From NCBI GenBank assembly GCA_038496445.1, contig JALMLS010000480.1, forward strand, positions 205,881 through 269,880: 64,000 bases of DNA, given 5' to 3'. This document shows, piece by piece, positions 37,128 to 50,910 of this stretch (its first letter is position 1; the number at the start of each line of letters is the position of its first letter). The DNA is from Trichosphaerium sp. ATCC 40318. Its lineage: Eukaryota > Protista > Tubulinea. Under the pieces are notes generated by a model. The model had not been told where the DNA came from, did not search any database, and was given only the letters and a program-made list of their open reading frames with translations. The position numbers and the translations under genes are program-made.

Positions 37128-40100
37128 TTAGCCAAGTAATGTGTTAACAACGCCTCCTAAGTATCCAGACCAACCTGATTCGTCTTCTTTGACAATAGGA
37201 TCAGGTTTAGGTGGTAAACTAGAGAGTAAGAGTCAAGGACAAGCGCAAACAGATGGAAGAAGAAAATGTTGAGAAAAAAAAAGAGCCTTGTTGCTTTCTT
37301 GAATTGGACGTACACTTGAGGAGCTGGTAATAATGTTTCTTGCTGTTGTTGAACTTCTTTTGATGCAACACGTTGTTTAAGATCTTCTACTATACTCTCA
37401 AGTTCACTAAACTCAAAGTTAAATATTTACATAAGGCAAGTTAGAAAAGGAAAAAAAAAGTGACAAGTGTAGTTAGTACCATATTGTTTGTTGCTTTTCT
37501 TGTAACAACTGTATTTTATCATCAGTATCTAGGATACCCCGTAGAGAATCAAACTTCATCGTTATAGAACTCAAATCCTCCATCTTTTCACCAAGATCAT
37601 TCTAAAATACAACATAAGAAAAAAAGAGGAAAAGAAAAAAAAGCACAGACTTTCAACAACGTTAACCGTAAAGCTTTCAAAATGAACAGAGCGAGTACAA
37701 AAAATATACTTCGAACTGAAACAAAGAAAGAATTCAGAAAAGTAGTCATACATACCCTTAAAACCTCTTTTTCTGCCTCAAGAATCTTAACTTTTTCTTG
37801 TAGTGCAGAATTAACATTAATACTATCAGCACACGTGTCTTTATCATCCATGAGTGTCTGCATTACTTTTGTTTGTTGATGTAACCTTGCAATTAACTGT
37901 TCCTTTTCTCTCTTTAATATTTCAAACTGTACATGGAGCTTCTCTAACAGTAAAAGTCAACGCACAATCTTTGGATGCAAAGAAAGAAAAAAAAAGAAAA
38001 ACTCAAATTCTATGGTTCGTTAAAAGTACCTTGCTGGTCTGCTTGGCCATGTATGGCCATTTTTTCTGTAAGAGAAACATTCTCACGTGTCAAATGGGTC
38101 ACAGCTTGACTCTGACGCCTAATATGCTCACGGAATCGAGAAATTTGGACTAGCAAATCTTTCTTTGTTACATGCTCATCAAGATCATCTGCCATGAGCT
38201 TTGCAAGTGCCTAATCATATAAATTATGAGTACACTCGTACAAAATTATGTTTAACAAGAGTGACAAATAAGTAGCAAGGCAGTAATTTGATATGTCAAA
38301 AAAAAAATACCTGTTCATCTGGTTCTGACTCTACTGGCTGTACTACAGGTTTGATGTGCTCATTAACTGCTCTCTCACGTTCCATTGTCTGCAATCGAGT
38401 CAAGTACTGTCTCGTTTTTTGGTTGCTAAACAAAGAGTAAGCAAACTTACACAAATATTGTTTTGTGCGTTGGAACATACGCATGTCGTAGCTCCTCTTC
38501 CAAGTGTTGTTTCTCAGCTTTTGCACGATCACGTTCTTGATTAGCTACATCAATAGCATTGGACATACGCTCCATATGATGAGCTCTAGTCTCATCTAAG
38601 GCATCATGCTTCAACTGCCACTCTTTAGCGTCCTTAAGACTAGCAGACAACCTATCCTCAAGCTCTTGTTGCTCCACAGATTTCTCGTCTCTAGCAGCTT
38701 CAAGTTCAGCTTGTTTATCCTTAAAAAGAGTCGAATTAGTTAGGTCACAAAAAATTAAACGTCCAAAAAAAATACAAGTGTGTAAGCACGTGACAAAAAG
38801 AAAAAAACTTCAAAAAGAAGTTACAGCCGCTTCCATGCTACTTAAAGAACAAATGGACATACCTTCAAGTCATTAACTAAACCAAGTTTGTCCTCTTCAA
38901 GTTTTTGAACAACTTCATCACGTTCTTCTAATTCTTTAACTTTATCTTCAGCATCTTTTTGTAGTTTTGTGATTGTATCATCACGTTGTTGTATGACTCT
39001 CTGGAGCTCTCTATTCTTCTCTGTCAGTTGTCTTACTTGTGTTCCAAATGTTGTAAATCTTCCAGCGACTTCCAAGCTTTGTTTAGTCAATGAAGCGTTT
39101 TTTCTTTCAAGACCTTCAATTACTAGATTCTTTTCTCTTTGTAATAATGTCGCATTTTCTTGTTGCTTTTGTAGACTCTTTGCTTCACTTTTGATTTGTT
39201 GATGAAGTGCTTGTTTCTCTCTTTGATGTTGTTGATTAATTTTAGTAAACTAAAAAGTACATTAGAAGAATAATACCAATCTTTCTACGTCATCCTAAAA
39301 AAAGGTGGAAAAAAAAATCAAAAAAAAGAATCTTTCTTTGAGCTCTATGTCGCCACTAAATTTCAATACAATAGTACTATGACTTGGTTCATATAACCCA
39401 ATAGATATTTAAGAAAGAAGTAATAGCATAGAGACAGATAAATACGTACTTTTTGAAGCACAGTATCTCGCTGTTGAATTTGATCTCTAAGATTTGTAAT
39501 GGTAGTAGCCTTTGTTGCCACTTCTTGTGTCAAGGCTTCCAGCTCAGCCTCTGAACGTTTTAAATTATCTTGAGAATCCAAAAAAAGCGTTTCAAGCTCA
39601 TAAATTCTTGTTTGCTTAGCAGCAAGTTCGACTTTTGTAGCTTCAATATCTTGTTCAGGAGGCATATTATTTTGATGCTCACGCTCATTCTCATCAAGCT
39701 ATGAAGGTGTCAACTCTTTTAAACATATATAGCAACATCATTAGTTATATTAGAATCCAAAAGCGATTAATTTAATAGCGCTAAAGTCCAAAAACGCAAA
39801 AACCACTTCAAGAAAAAAAAAGTTTCAAAAAAAAAAACACGAACCCTTTGACGTAAATTATCATTTTCGTTGCTCAGAGTCGTACAATCACCTTGAATCC
39901 TCCTATACTGCTTCTTTAGGCTACTTATAGCTGATGTTTGCGCTTGAAATTCAGCATCCCAGTCGTCTTGCATTGTTTTAAGTTCTTCCTTTAAATGATC
40001 ATTTTCTGATTTCAAGTGTTTTTCAATTGCAGCGCTTTCATCTAGTCGTAAAGATAATTTTTTAGCCTCTCGTTTATAACGTGTCACTAAGATTTCCAGT

Positions 40101-40455
40101 TTCTTCATTCTAGACGCAGCATTCTGAGGTGAAAAGGACTAGGAAGGCGTTACTTAAAATAATAAATAAAAAGCGTTGAAGGTTCGAGCATACATACCGG
40201 TTTTGTTGCGTCAGTGTGTTGAATAGTCTCACTTCCATCTCCAGAAGTGGTTTGCATTGAAATTGAGTTTCCATTTTGCCCAGAGATTAATTTTGGCGCT
40301 GGTGTAGTGGTGGACGCTTTCTTTCTCTGATTTGCAGCGCGTTTACGACGAAGCTACAAAAAAATTATTAAGAAATACCATCAACTAACGCGTACACGCT
40401 CTTTCGTAAGAGCAGCTAGATCCTCGTCGCTTTTTGTGTTACTGGCGAGCGACAT
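37128..40455 (-). CDS. Long coiled-coil protein, many introns
   Basis: E/K/Q/L-rich heptad exons with GT-AG boundaries; C-terminus ESGWSGYLGGVVNTLLG-stop. Confidence 0.8.
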
Positions 40456-40662
40456 AACCTCTCAACGCCACTATTGAGCGTACACTCCAAAGATATTGCC
40501 TACGTCGTTTTTTGTATGGCTACGTAGGCAGTCAACCAATAATAAAATATGTTGGTAACCAGGGTTGACACTCCAAGCCGAAAATAACTCAGAAGTGCAA
40601 GTCAAGAAATTTAAAGCAGAGAATTTTTGTTTCCATAATTATCTCCTTGAAATAGATTAAAC

Positions 40663-41228
40663 ATGGTAGCTACTTTCTTCGCCCAAAACCCCGCTAACTT
40701 TTATAGTCCACTGGTGTAGCTGTAGCTTCTGAATGCGTAAGTGAATTCGAACTCTTTAAATTGAAGAAACAGTATCGCTACTTGATCTTTAAAATTAACG
40801 ACGACAACACCGAAGTAGTCATTGAAAAGAAGGGTGAGCCTTCAGCTACCTACGAAGAGTTCACTAGCTGTCTTCCTGACAACGAGTGCCGTTACGCCGT
40901 ATACAACTTCGAATACGACCAAGGCTCTGACGGTAAACGCTTGAAGCTCCTTTTCATCTTGTGGTACGTGTTTTTTAGCGATCTACGCTTGCGGTTACTA
41001 ACACGCTCAGGGCTCCTGATACCGCTAAAATTAAGTCTAAAATGATGATCGCTGGTACCAAGGACGTCGTCAAAAAGTCCCTCGAAGGAATACAGGTAGA
41101 TCAAGCACTTTTTTCTTTTTATGTCTCTTTCGCTCACAAACTCGCTCTAGATTGAGATCCAAGGTACTGATAAGTCCGAGGTCGATCAAGAAGAAGTCCT
41201 CGCCAAGTGCCGTTCTATTTCCAGATAA
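40663..41228 (+). CDS. cofilin: Cofilin / actin-depolymerising factor
   Basis: ATG, intron, then STGVAVASEC...RYLIFKI...ECRYAVYNFEY...LFILW|APDTAKIKSKMM...EIQGTD; an intron directly after the start codon is typical of ADF/cofilin genes. Confidence 0.97.
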
Positions 41229-41454
41229 ATGTTATTAAAGCTTGTAAAGCTCTAGTATGTGGGACTATTGTCCCTGTGCTTATAATTGTTAATCAAATAA
41301 AGTACTCTAATTAAATAATCGTCTGCATTTGTTTATTTCGTGCTGGTATGGCGTAATTATTACGCGTAGATGCAACAGTACAAGTTTCGAAACGTAATTA
41401 CTTTATTTAACAAATCTACAGTCACGCATCGCCATAGGCCGGTACGCTATTTGC

Positions 41455-43963
41455 TTAGCTCAATTCTTTGTCCTCTAGGAATTGATAATGAAACGTAAAA
41501 TCCTATGCAAATGTGAGATGTCGAATTGCAACGTGACAAGTCACTAAAATAGTCTCGCACCGTTTTCTTTCGTTGACACCAACCTGTCTCGTAGTCGAAG
41601 TACACGTACGTTCCTTGCTCGTAACTTAAACGGTGTCAGTTTGCTAAAAACAACACGAAAAATGATGTTCCTTAAAAATAGGCATAATGTGCACGTACTC
41701 TGGTGTGATTTTCTTAGGTTCCTCATGGCGTTGAAACCACGTCAAGTACTTTTTGTGATACCGCCAAGATTGTAACTTTAGCTGTTTCGCCGCGAGATAC
41801 TGCTGGTAAGTACCTTGCTGGTAGTAGAAAATAAAAAATAGCAAATCGGTATCAAACTTTGCGAAGACGTTAGGGTTCTCAAACGCTGGTGAAGGAACCT
41901 TTGGGTAGTATGGTGGCGTAGAAAAAGGGTTCTTTGGCTTATATTGCTGTTTTGGCCTAGAGCGCGTAAATCAGCAAAAAACTCCGTTGGAAAGTTTATT
42001 TTGAGCGTAAGCACTAACGCGTAGCATAAAAACTGGATGAATTTCTAGTTCGCCCAAGTTTGTAAAAGGGCACTGAGTTTTTCCGGAATTAACATGTACG
42101 TACCTTTCTATTGACTCTGGCAAGTTGTTGAGGCTAGTGTCGAGTAATGTCAATGGAGATATTGCCTTTCCGCGACCGACAGGCTCTCCAATAGGATTCT
42201 GTTGCATTCTGGATTGACCAATTGGTTGTGAGCCTATTGCAGACTGACTACCAAGTGCATTGAAGTTATTGGTTGCTGGCACGTCATTAGTTTTTTTTTT
42301 GGCGCTCTACAAGTTCTTTTACATACTCTTTTGTGCGTCGTTGGAAGAAGGAGTGTTTAGGTTACTACTCCTTGTGCTTTTATCTCCAAGATGTGTTGCA
42401 ATGAGTTTATTCAAAATCTCTTGTTCTTCATCCCTTGGTGGTTCAGGAGCCTAAGTGACGTTAGTATTACAAAGAGGGTTCGCGATAAAATTTGTAGACG
42501 AGAACAACTCAATCCGCATCTAGTTTACCTTTTGTTCAGGTTGTTTTTTAGGTTCTTCCGTAGGCGTTTTAGTCGTTGTTGTCTGTGTTTTAGTATTACT
42601 CGTTTTTGGTTCTGATGATACTTCTGGTTTTGCTATAATGCTACTAGTAGCCTCATGTATCAATGGTTTATCAATACGCTCTAGTATTTCTGCCTTTGGT
42701 GATCCGTCTTCTTCAAGAATGTCATCGTAAAGGCCCTCAACTGAAATAAAAATAAGTATTAAGTACCCTAAACATGATATTGTTGTAGAGTGTTGCTCTA
42801 CAAAAAATATCCGTTAATCTCACCTTCAACGAAATCAGGTTCCTGATTAAATTCCACATAGTACTCAAGAGAGTCTTTAATATCCTCTACTTCTTCTTCG
42901 GTTATTTTTTTCGCTATCCAAAGTTTTAACCATTCTCCAAGGCGCTTAATGTGAAAAGCATGTCTATCTCTTGTGTTTTGTAAGAACTCTAAGTAATCCT
43001 GTTGAGGCCTTTTTAAACTCTTTTTACTTTCAAGAGACTCAATCTTTTCTTCCATCTCTTCAGTCTGTAATAACTTAGTAAGTAAACCTGTAACAACAAC
43101 GAGCGAGAACAGAGAAAAACATTTTTTTCCTTTGGTTTTAAGTCGAGCTACGCGAAACTCTCTAACACAGAGCTACGTTGATATGACATTACACTCGGAG
43201 ATATCTTTGGTACAAATGATGGTTGATAAGCGAGTAAAGAACCTTTTCTTCCAACAACAAAAAAAAGATTAAAAAGTTTTTCTATTCAACGCACTTGGTC
43301 ATTGAGTTGCTTGAGTTGATCTTCAATCCACAGCCTAGTCTCGGATTTTTCAACATCTTCTTGTTGTTTGGCTGCTTCCTCACGCTGAGCTGCTAGTCCT
43401 TCTTTTGAGAACGCTTTAGTATTAGATTCCTTCTCATACGCGCGGTATTTTTCCATTTGCTTCAAGTGTATGTGAGATTTGTGACATTTCGTTTGTATCC
43501 AAAATAATTATTTTGCGAAAGAAAGGATTGAATCAAGTTGCTGCGGTTGCGTGGTATGTTTTTAAAGCGTATTGAGAAGTTTTTATATGTTAATTATTTT
43601 ATGTTGGTTTAAAAGAATTATTGTATCTTGCTGAGCGTTTATAACGGTTCTAGCGTACCCTCTCGATGAGTTTTTTTGCTTCTTGAAGTGGTGTTTTATT
43701 TCTTACGTCACCAGAAGAAATCCAGAGCTTTAATTGATCTCTCATGCGTTGTAGCTTCTTAATATCTCTTTTCAAATTGCTTTCTTGTTTCACGCGTGTA
43801 TTCGCTGATACACCATCTCGGAGCTTTGAAAGCAACTCTTCAAACGCTGAAACGCCTTCATGGACTCTTTTCAGAGTTCTGTCTATTTCTACTACACAAT
43901 GCCACGTTAACGCTATTTATTGCCTGTTTATAACGTACACTGCAGTTTAAACCGTGTTGCCAT
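41455..43963 (-). CDS. CNOT3: CCR4-NOT subunit NOT3/NOT5
   Basis: EIDRTLKRVHEGV..LKRDIKKLQRMRDQLKLW..KAFSKEGL; NOT box DLLFFIFYYQQGTYQQYLAAKQLKLQSWRYHKKYLTWFQRHEEP. Confidence 0.95.
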
Positions 43964-44094
43964 GGATGAAGCTAATTAACAACTCCTAATCACTTATTTC
44001 GTTGTATGTACGCGCCAAGAAGACAGATTTACGTTAAACAAGAATTAAGAAGTCAGCTGACCGTTGCTAAAAAAACTTCGTGCATTCTTTTCTC

Positions 44095-45114
44095 TCAAGT
44101 GCCCAAGAAAACAGCTTGCTTTTTTGAGTGCAACTGTGGTTGTAAGACGTAGTTATAATACAAGACGTTTGATCTACTAGTAGTCCTATTATAGTATTGT
44201 TTATGATGATTTTTTGCACGTGGTATATAACCAGGTGTATCAACATTGTAGGAATACTTGACTTTCATTAAGCCATATCTGTATAAAATATAGTCTCCTT
44301 CAGGCTCACCCTTGTTAAACCAACAATGCTTCCTTAGATGACCTGAATCATCATATCTCTTATACTCTCCATGGTATAGTTGAAGTCTATGGACATTTTC
44401 ATGGCAACAACCTGTGTTCATCGCAAAACAATGGACAACAAGTTGATTGGTTTTTTTCCTAATTTTCTTGCACTCTCCACAAATCCTTCCTTCCTTCATT
44501 TGATAACTATCAATGAACGCTTGGCTATAAACGGTCAATAACCCGTCTTTTTGACCTTGTTTGTAAAAGCAAGACTCTAGAATCTGTCCATCACGCACTG
44601 AGTAAGTCAAAGTCAAAAATTCACCATTCTTTCTACCTTTGTTGTAAACTCCTGTTGTTCTCAATGAACCATTTGCTTGAAAAACCGAGAATCTGCCATG
44701 TTTTATGCCTTGTTTATAAAACCCTTCCTTGTATTTAGCTCCAGATGGATACCATTTACGGTAGTGATAGAGATAGCCTTTGTTTCTTCTTTTACCATGT
44801 CTGTTGTACCGTTCGACTGCTAATTGGCCGTTTGGATGCCACTTACGCTACCAACCAGCTGTGGTACCATTTTTGAACTTGGTTTCAACGCGTTTCGCTC
44901 CATCAGCCATGAATTTTCTAAACGTTCCGTGTTTGTCCATATTTGCGTTAAAGCTGCTCGTTTCTGCCGCTTGAAAACAAAGAAGAGGCCAATTGATAAA
45001 AGCGTAGTAATCTGTGTTTAAAATCATATGTTGGATCTCTAGTGGTAAACAAAGCAATGTTGAGTCTTGTTTGCGTTCGTTTAAGGAAGATTCACTTGTA
45101 TTACTATCGCTCAT
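44095..45114 (-). pseudogene. F-box-like + MORN-variant gene with one in-frame TAG (44848-44850)
   Basis: LLCLPLEIQHMI; ORFs 44848-45267 and 44095-44664 are in the same frame; GW*RKWH where Tyr is expected. Confidence 0.75.
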
Positions 45115-46044
45115 ATTGCGTACAACGTTTTTTAAAACAATAAAGCTTAAAGTCAACAAGTTTCCTGTTTGATTCTCCACGTGACTTGTAGTTAGTGTAG
45201 TACTAATATCAATAACCGGTATTGCATCTGATACAAGCAAGCCATTCAACACAAAGCCATCGGACAACTAAGAATTCGATCTTGTGAGTTCTTGACTATA
45301 CTTCCAAATATCACGATTTGTTTTTCTTATCACAGCTTTACTCACTTTCTGCCATGTTTTAGTCACAATATCTTGCGCCTCCTGAATACACTAATGCACT
45401 AATGCCCTTCCATTACTCATGAATACGACGAATATTCAAATACAGCCAGTATTATTAGCTTACAGCTATGCCAAAAGGCGGTCAAGACCACTTCCTTATT
45501 ATATTCATGAGTAAAAAGATTCATTCATTACTATTCATACTATTTGCCTGCCAGTAAACGGTCAAGAAGTTGAGATTTGACAGATTGACTTACACCCACA
45601 AATCCCACACATACAACTTTGATAGCGTTCTGGGTTGTTATTAAAAAACCATCATTAGTACTTCTCTAAGGTAGACAATCTGGCAATACTACACACATAA
45701 AGTGCTGCCGTTTATATTGTGTTTTACGAACATGTGACAAATATCGCTTTTTTTGGCCGCCAAAGTAAAACCGTCAAGATTTGGATTTGTGAGTGACCAG
45801 TTGCCAGTACCACACAAAATAAACCATTTTGTGGATACGGAAGGGCATTAATACAAACCCTAAATTTGAAACAAATCACTGTGGTCCTCAAAGTTGTTCA
45901 ATTTCTTTTACACCAATGGTATTCAAGGGTTTAGTTCAAGACACAGCAAAGTGTATGCTTTGTACTTGCGTGAATTAACATGCTGCGCTCAAAAAACACT
46001 TAAATTCATGTAACACTGCTTTTATTTTTGTTAACATACTAGCA

Positions 46045-47610
46045 TTAATAGACGCCGAAATTTCGTACTATTCGTGCATCACCTAACGCCTTGATGCCTT
46101 TTTTTGTAACATGCATACAACCCGTTATATTGATTGCATATACACCCGCCAGTGCCTTTATGCCATTATCTGTAATATTATTACAGTAGAACACGTCTAT
46201 TTCATAAACACCAGCTAAAGCTTTAACCCCTTTGTCTGTTACAAGTGTACAGCGTCTCAAGTTAATTGAGTGAACTCCAGCTAATACTTTAATTCCATCA
46301 TCTGTTATCTTAGTACAATCAGACAAGTCAATTGTATGAACGCCTGCCAGTGCTTTAATGCCATCATCTGTCACATTGCGATACGAGAGACAAATAGTGT
46401 GAACACCACCCAAAGTCTTAATACCAGTATCTGTAACTTTTGTACATGATAGATTAATCGTGTGAACACCAGCTAGGGGTTTAACACCTTCATCTGTTAT
46501 TAGAAAACAACCACATAAATCAATTACATGCACACCTCCCAATGCGCTCACACCTTCATCAGTAATACTCTTGCAATTAGTTAAGTCAATTGTATGAGAA
46601 CCTGCCAGTGCTTTAATGCCATCATCTGTCACATTGCAATTCGAGAGACAAATAGTATGAACGCCACCCAAAGCCTTAATACCAGCATCTGTAACTTTTG
46701 TATGTGATAGATTAATTGTATGAACACCAGAAAGTGCTTTAACACCTTCATCTGTAACAAGTTTGCAGTTCGATAAATCAATATTGTGAATGCCAGCTAA
46801 TGATTTAACACCATCATCTGTAACATTTGTGCTACAAAGATTAATCGTATGAACTCCAGCTACACCTAGTGCTTTGATAGATTCCTCTGTAACCTTCAAA
46901 TGCCCTAAAGAAATGGTATGAACACGTGCTTGTGCTAGCGCCTTAATACAATCATCTGTTATGTTCCTACAATTACTAATATCAATCGAGTGAATGCTTC
47001 CTGCTAGTAACAATGTTTTAATACCATCATCTGTAACATCTGTTCCTTTTACATTAAGTGTTTCAACACCAACTAAAGCCTTAATACTGTCATCTGTGAT
47101 ACGATTGAAACCACAGTCGCTCAAGTCAATCATACGAACACCGGCTAATGCTTTAACACCTTTATCTGTAACACATGCACTGTATAATTTAATTTTACGT
47201 ATTCCAGCAAGTTGTTTAAGAGTATCATTGGTCACGTTATAACAGTAAGAAAAGTCAATGCCATCAATTACATTAAAGTCTGTAAAATCAACTTTATGGT
47301 TAACTTCCTTCAGTTCAAGGGCATAAGCACCTTGTAGGTACTTTAAGTCTTTTTGTTTGATAGTGTAGTCAACGGCAATTGTATGTTTCTTTATGAGGAA
47401 TGGGGCTTCCTTGAATAGACGTCTAAGCTTTTTTCTTGTATTTATTCGTATACTTCTCCTGTCGTCATACCCCAAGTGCTGTATCGCGACATTGGATAAT
47501 AATGTAGATGTATGTACTACTGAGCGCATAGATAACACGGGAGCAAACCGTAGAATATGAATAATGACTTCAACGGGGATCTCATCAAAGAATGCGCTGT
47601 CTGAGTTCAT
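46045..47610 (-). CDS. F-box-like + LRR protein (subtype A), intronless, longest array
   Basis: FFDEIPVEVIIHI plus a long LRR array with an internal 258-bp-period duplication (46325 vs 46583). Confidence 0.9.
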   Translation of the reverse strand: MNSDSAFFDEIPVEVIIHILRFAPVLSMRSVVHTSTLLSNVAIQHLGYDDRRSIRINTRKKLRRLFKEAPFLIKKHTIAVDYTIKQKDLKYLQGAYALELKEVNHKVDFTDFNVIDGIDFSYCYNVTNDTLKQLAGIRKIKLYSACVTDKGVKALAGVRMIDLSDCGFNRITDDSIKALVGVETLNVKGTDVTDDGIKTLLLAGSIHSIDISNCRNITDDCIKALAQARVHTISLGHLKVTEESIKALGVAGVHTINLCSTNVTDDGVKSLAGIHNIDLSNCKLVTDEGVKALSGVHTINLSHTKVTDAGIKALGGVHTICLSNCNVTDDGIKALAGSHTIDLTNCKSITDEGVSALGGVHVIDLCGCFLITDEGVKPLAGVHTINLSCTKVTDTGIKTLGGVHTICLSYRNVTDDGIKALAGVHTIDLSDCTKITDDGIKVLAGVHSINLRRCTLVTDKGVKALAGVYEIDVFYCNNITDNGIKALAGVYAINITGCMHVTKKGIKALGDARIVRNFGVY

Positions 47611-48736
47611 TTTGTGCACCTTAGTACTACAGGTAGCAGGTGATATGCCTAGAAACAATTTCAAGTAAGTGGGAGCGTAACTATCGTCGGCAAAACTGCG
47701 ATTGACCAGGGAACCACGTGGTTTTTCTACAAGAAGAAAAACGAATATTTTGGGAATGATTTTTGGATTTTAGGTTTTTTTTACAGTCCCACAAGTGATG
47801 TGAGGTTTTTTTTTTGTTTGTTTACTTGTTATCACGTGTTGAGGTTTTTTTTTGGAAATACACGTGATGATTAATGTCTCGAACTGGCAAGCCAGATATC
47901 TGGGTAGGATTTATATCTTTTTTTTTAAGATTTTAAACAAAATGATGTTTCCAAGTCTACCTTTTTGTTGACATTTGCCAAATTTCCTTTATAGCTCTAC
48001 ACATTCTAAACGAAGGCTATGTTGAGCTAATACACCATCTAGGTTCCAACTTTTATATTCGCATTTTGCTATACCTTTAACATAGAAACAATGGATTCTT
48101 AACTGCCCGTTAAGATACCAAACTTTATACTCTCCATGCTTTAATCTGTCTTTAAAATAGCAGTGTTTTTAAAGTTGACCAGTTTCAAACCAACGCTTAT
48201 ACTCGCCATGAATAACACTAGTAGTCTTATTATAGTATGGTTTACGATGATTTTTTGCACGTGGTCACATGATTTAACAAATCTACCGAAAAGTTTTACT
48301 AACATATTGACCCTAGCAGCGCCCACAGCAACGTTGGTACTGTTGTGAGAGGTTTTTATGTCAATATAACTGCTTTGTTATTTGAATGCTGCGAGAGCGC
48401 TTCTGTTAGTGTGGAGTAGGTACTAGCGTAGCTTGTAAGTTATATACGTGTACGTTGATGCCAGCATTGTGATTAATGGCAGGCAAATAGTGCACATTGC
48501 GATAGTTCTACACCATTTGACAGAAGTGTCAAATTGTAACAAGGCGACAATGATATTAAGGCACAAGCTAGGTAGCAGGCTTGGTTTTCTCCGCAAACTT
48601 GCTGCGACAGACAATAGTTGTGTTGTAAATCAAGTACAGCGGTTTGACTTAGCACAAAAATACAATCGCAAGCTTAAGTTTACCTAAAACCGTTCAGCTT
48701 TAGCTTAGAAACTACTTCTCACTAGTATACAGAAAA

Positions 48737-50490
48737 ATGAACCAAAACACCGCATTCTTTGATGAGATACCTGTTGAAGTCATTGTTCATATTCTACAAT
48801 ATGTCTCGCTCTTAACTATGCACTCAGTTGTTCGTACATCCAAACTTTTATCAAATATCGCAATAAATCACGTGGGATACGTAAACACAAGAGAAATCGT
48901 CCTTAAAACACCAAAAAAGCTGAAAGAGCTCTACAAAAAACTACCACACCTCATACACACCAATAGTATTACTCTTCGATTCTCCATCAAGCAAAAGCAT
49001 CTAAAGTATCTACAAGGAGTATACAATCTAAGTTTAAAGAGAAAAGACTTGCTGGAGATGCATAGGTTTCCGGAAACTTCTGGAAATCGGGAATTACGGG
49101 AAATTCTGGAAGATGTGGAATTTCTGGAAACTTCCAGAACCTTCTGGAAATTCTGGTAGAACAGCACCTTCTGGAAATTCTGGTATGGATTCACAATATT
49201 TTTTGAGAACATGTTTTTAGAGCACTGTGGACTAGTAAACAATCACATGTACTTAAGTTTTTCAGTCGCTCACTGTGCTGTTCGCAAGACAGCATGTCTA
49301 AGTGATACTCCTACACTATGGCTCATTCGCTAGCACTTAACAACACTAGTACCAACAATATTGACATCGTACGTGTGTTTGGTACTAAAATTTTGTAAAA
49401 ACTGCACCTTACACGCAATATTCATAGCTGAAGTACCTAGGAGTAAGAAAGAACTCACCCCTACCACAGAACAGACTCGAGGTATAAGCTTTGTTAAAAA
49501 TCGAGGAATAAGGCAAAGCCATTGTAAAGAAATAAAGTAAATATGATTTAATTTTTTCGGTTTGGTGAGTGTAATAAGCCACTTCAGTCATTATGTGAAC
49601 TCTCTAAAAATACAATTAAATGAACCTTCCAATGGAAATATTCTTGTGGAACTTTCTTCTGGAAATATTCTTGTAGAATTTGCAGAACAAGCAGAATTTC
49701 CGGAAAAACGGGAATTTCCGGAACCTTCCAGAAACCTATGCACTCCGCTGAAGGTTGATTTTACAAACCTCAACATTGTTAACTGTATTGACCTCTTTAA
49801 TTGTAAGTATGTTACTGATGATCACCTTGGACAACTTGCTGGAGTACACAAGATTAGATTATGGAACGCAAATGTGACAGATAAGGGCGTTAGAGCGTTG
49901 TCTGGTGTTCACACGATTGACTTAAGCAAATGTACAAATGTTACAGACGATGGTATTAAAGCATTAGCTGGTATTCTATTATACTTTATGGCTGTAGTGT
50001 TACAGACAATGGTGTTAAGGCATTGGCTGGTGTTCATACAATTTCTTTGTGCAGTTGTAAATATGTTACTGATGTCGGCATCAAAGCATTAGTGGGTGTT
50101 CACACAATTTCTTTAAGCTTCAACCATATTACAGATGATGGTATTAAAGCGTTGTCTGGCGTTCATACAATCAGACTATGTTATTGTGACTCCGTTACAG
50201 ATGATGGAATCAAGGCACTAGCAGGTGTTCATACAATTGACTTAAGCATGCAACATATTACAGACGATGGCATCAGAGCATTGTCTGGTGTTCATACAAT
50301 TAAACTATGGCATTGTGAGAGTGTTACGAATGATGGTATCAAAGCATTAACTGGAGTTAATACTCTTGTTGTGGATAATTGTAAACAAGTTACAGAAGCT
50401 GGCATAAAAGCATTGAAGGGTGTTCCTTCTGTAACGTTTTTTGACGAAACTTCAGGTGATTTTATTGAACGTTTACTTCGTAAAAAGTAA
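48737..50490 (+). pseudogene. F-box-like + LRR gene (subtype A) disrupted by a TIR element and a 4-nt deletion at ~49973
   Basis: Removing 49054-49746 and one GCT restores KRKDLLKVDFTN; second frameshift in GGTATTCTATT. Confidence 0.9.
49054..49746. mobile_element. 693-bp non-autonomous DNA transposon with TIRs and a 3-bp TSD (GCT)
   Basis: Left end GGAGATGCATAGGTTTCCGGAA, right end reverse complement GGAGTGCATAGGTTTCTGGAA; subterminal TTC(T/C)GGAAA repeats; GCT at 49051-49053 and 49747-49749. Confidence 0.9.
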
Positions 50491-50519
50491 GAAATAAAAA
50501 GGAAAAAACAGTTTATTCA

Positions 50520-50910
50520 TCAAGCAATTTTTTGCCTGCGCTCTTTCTTAATCCATTCCAATATATACAATCTAGCATTCCAAGATATATTATCAGTATT
50601 GGCTAAATCAATAAAAGATTCAATACTATCAATAGACACAGTACCAACAGCAACCCAGTCCTTTAAAACTCTTATTGTTTTTTCTCCAAAAATTTCCTTT
50701 GCGCTGAATTTTGTTGAGTCCCAAGTGTCGTAATGATGCTTAATTAGCATTGATACAAGAGTACGTTCATCATCGGTACTCTTAAGATAAGTATTAGATC
50801 AGTGTAGGAACGAGGAATGCCGTACTACAAGTAGTCGCTTTAAAAACCTTGAAACGGAAGGTAGAGTATATAAACCAAACCTATGGCTGGTTTTTAGGCC
50901 ATTCAGCATC
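50520..50910 (-). CDS. Small hypothetical protein; 5' end uncertain
   Basis: Final exon STDDERTLVSMLIKHH...KERRQKIA-stop preceded by an acceptor site. Confidence 0.35.

Noticed and set aside
44848-44850. In-frame TAG (and TAA at 53505) suggesting an alternative genetic code
   Set aside because: Conserved genes end at ordinary TAG/TAA (LIG1, cofilin, NOT3) with no internal stops in the exons traced; these look like nonsense mutations in a decaying family.
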